This document shows, in pieces, positions 61,721 through 64,000 of a DNA stretch of 64,000 nucleotides. Position 1 is the stretch's first letter, and every line of letters starts with the position of its first letter. This stretch comes from Camelus dromedarius (Eukaryota). The stretch is from NCBI RefSeq assembly GCF_036321535.1, contig NC_087437.1:39806001-39870000 (forward strand), written 5' to 3'. The notes under the pieces are model-generated. The model saw nothing but the letters and a program-made list of their open reading frames with translations, did not search any database and was not told the origin of the DNA. A program made the translations under genes and the position numbers.

Positions 61721-63522
61721 CAAACAGTGGAGTAGGAGCCCTGGGCAGTCAGGAGGCAACAAGAGAATTCCGGGTACCCAGAGAATGAGGTGCTGTAGAA
61801 ACACGGGGCTACTCCCTTGATGGCAGATTCCATGAAGATCACAAGATCAGCACAGGGACAGGAGAAAAATTGTCATTCTTGCAAGTACAAATAGAGAAAA
61901 TGCTAGGTAAGGCATTCAAAGATATCTTCATTAGGTCTGGCAGACTCTTAAGGAATGTGGGTACTGTAAGTAGCCTCATTCCTTCAAATTAGTAGCTCTA
62001 CTTTTAAATGTTGATTACTCTTACGTTCCTACACTCTAAGTTGTTCCATGTATCCTGGTAATCCTAGCTCAGGTACTTGGCTTCACAAGGTGCTTGACAG
62101 ATACATAACCCCTTCCTTGCTCAAGGTTGCTTGAGATGGAATTCCTTGGGAAAGGCTTCAAAACAACTCCTTATTTCAATGGTTTTGATAGAAATGTATT
62201 AGGCAAAGTTCAGCTTGGATATAATTTTGCCCCCACATTTGAGACCTTTGAGAAAAAAATACTTTAAAGTCAATAAATCTAATTTAGTAAGATAATTTTG
62301 AAAAACCAGTAAGTGAATAGACAGGAAATCCTGCAAATCAACATTCTCCATCCAGTGCCCTTCACTGCTCACTCTGCACCCAGAACTCCAAAACCCCACG
62401 CATATGGGAAGGGGGTCCTCAGTCCACATGTCCCTCAGCCCAGGGGCCTCCTTCCCCAGAAGTGGCTGAACTGTTTGATATTATTTACTTGTATATTTTC
62501 TTAGTGAAAAAAAAAAAAGAAAAGAAAAGGGAAAACAGGGTGAGGGTGGGAGTTGGGTTTTATTTATTATTGTTTGACATTATTTGTGATTATTTTAATT
62601 TAGGTCCACCATCCCAGGAGCCTCACTGCTATGGGTACAACAGACACCAGTAGAAGAGCATCACGAGCACAGACATATATCTTTCTACTTCCTTTTTCAC
62701 TACTCTTATTTTTTCATAGGCACACAAAGCATATCCTGTCAAGCTGCAATATACTTCTAGGTATTCTGCTTTGGATTTTCATTTCAATAAGTATAAAAGG
62801 AGGAAGAATGAACTAGGAGACACCCATTTGTTTCATGGACTTCTTTGCATCATCCAAAAGAAAACGGCAGTAAACTTTTTAAGGGAGGGCATGTGTATAC
62901 CATTTGAGGGCCATCAAAAGTGAATCAAATAATATAAAGTAAAATAAAAACAAGATAGCAAGGATTCTATATTAATTTACGTAAGACAGAGTGATTAAGA
63001 CAGAGATCCAAAAAAAAGGGCTATTTCTTTTTTTGTTTTGCTTTCGAGAGTTAGTAATTCTATTAACCCTCTGAAACAGAAGGTAAATTTTAAGTACATT
63101 TTCTTAACTCATACCATGAAATTGAGATTTCTGATTATATTGTATAATTAGTAATAAGGTGTACATTCACCTAGATTTGACTCTCTCCCTGGTTTCCTGA
63201 GAAAAACCAAATTGGAAAATGGGTAAGAATTTACATTCTTGGCTGCTGAAGTACTTTGCTTGGGAACTGAGAGACCAAATTAGTTATTACTGAGCAACCG
63301 AATCTTCCGCAGGGCTCTCTAGCAAACTGCCTCTGAGATCATATTGTAATAAATGCTTTTCTATAGAACCATACAGAATTCTCCTAATTCTGGAGTTTTG
63401 AAACATTTTTTCAAAATAATCAAAAATCAGATTTCTTCCTGGGTTAGAGAGCTTGAAAAAAAAAAGTTGCTAAGTATACAAGAAATATATAGTGAGGGTT
63501 TTATTGGTTGTCTCCGCCCAAA

Positions 63523-63548
63523 ACACACACACACACACACACACACAC
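63523..63548 (+). repeat. (AC)13 microsatellite
   Basis: Read directly from the sequence. Confidence 0.95.
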
Positions 63549-64000
63549 CCGCCCCACAACACAGTCGTTTTCCTTCTTCGATATGACAAAACCCAATCCT
63601 TCCTAGCAATGCAAATGCACACAGAAAGAAAGTCAAATAACAAAAACTCCAGAAAGTTTTTTCTTCAAAATTGTTTAAGCCTGCAAACAAACACAAACTC
63701 AAAATAAATTAGAAATAAACTCCAAACAAACCCAGCAAAACCCAAATTAAGCTGAGGAAATCCAAAGCAAACAAGCCACAAATCTTCCAGAGTGCTGTAC
63801 AGCTTACTTCCCGTTCCTAGACTGCTGCCTGGGGTTGGGGGGCTGCTGGCGGGGGAAGCCCTCCAAGTGCAGGCCAATCTGAGGGGCTGGTTCTCTTGCA
63901 GGACCCCCTCCCCTCCCACTGCCCGGCTTCCTGGAGCCCTGCCCCAGACCAGAGAGCTCCATGCAGAGCAGGGCTCTGGCCACCCCGCCGGCCTGGTATT

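Larger units (their letters stand above)
40783..64000 (-). other. MECOM: MECOM intron 1, 3' part (continues beyond the window)
   Basis: Upstream of the exon 2 acceptor on the minus strand. No exon 1 peptide (MRSKGRARKLAT) seen in the window. Confidence 0.88.

Noticed and set aside
1..64000. CRISPR arrays, operons, tRNA/rRNA/snRNA genes, intact transposase or reverse transcriptase, or any novel multi-gene system
   Set aside because: None seen. There are no regularly spaced repeats or long ORFs, and the sequence is explained as mammalian intron with decayed repeats and one exon.

Overview
This is AT-rich mammalian genomic DNA inside the very large MECOM (MDS1-EVI1/PRDM3) gene, transcribed on the minus strand. 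The only coding sequence I can support is MDS1 exon 2 (40445-40782, 338 nt, AG/GT boundaries), which encodes the N-terminal part of the PR/SET domain. Intron 1 lies to its right and intron 2 to its left. The introns carry ancient repeats (L2, MIR, L3/CR1, L1ME, MER5, MER33, MLT1), two younger 5'-truncated L1s with visible target-site duplications, and microsatellites. The youngest L1 3' UTR and the lack of Alu/B1/Bov-tA/PRE/CAN SINEs suggest an artiodactyl, probably a camelid. All other ORF-track entries look like chance ORFs. I found no convincing novel biological system. The best leads are: (i) exon 2 begins AG|GTAATG, a possible recursive or dual-specificity splice site that could switch between PR-containing and PR-less products; (ii) several repeat-free, motif-dense candidate enhancers; (iii) two near-consensus CTCF sites; (iv) a small CpG-rich intronic element with a G4 motif. 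Repeat family names and orthologue comparisons come from recalled consensus sequences, not database searches. Repeat boundaries are approximate unless TIRs or TSDs are given.
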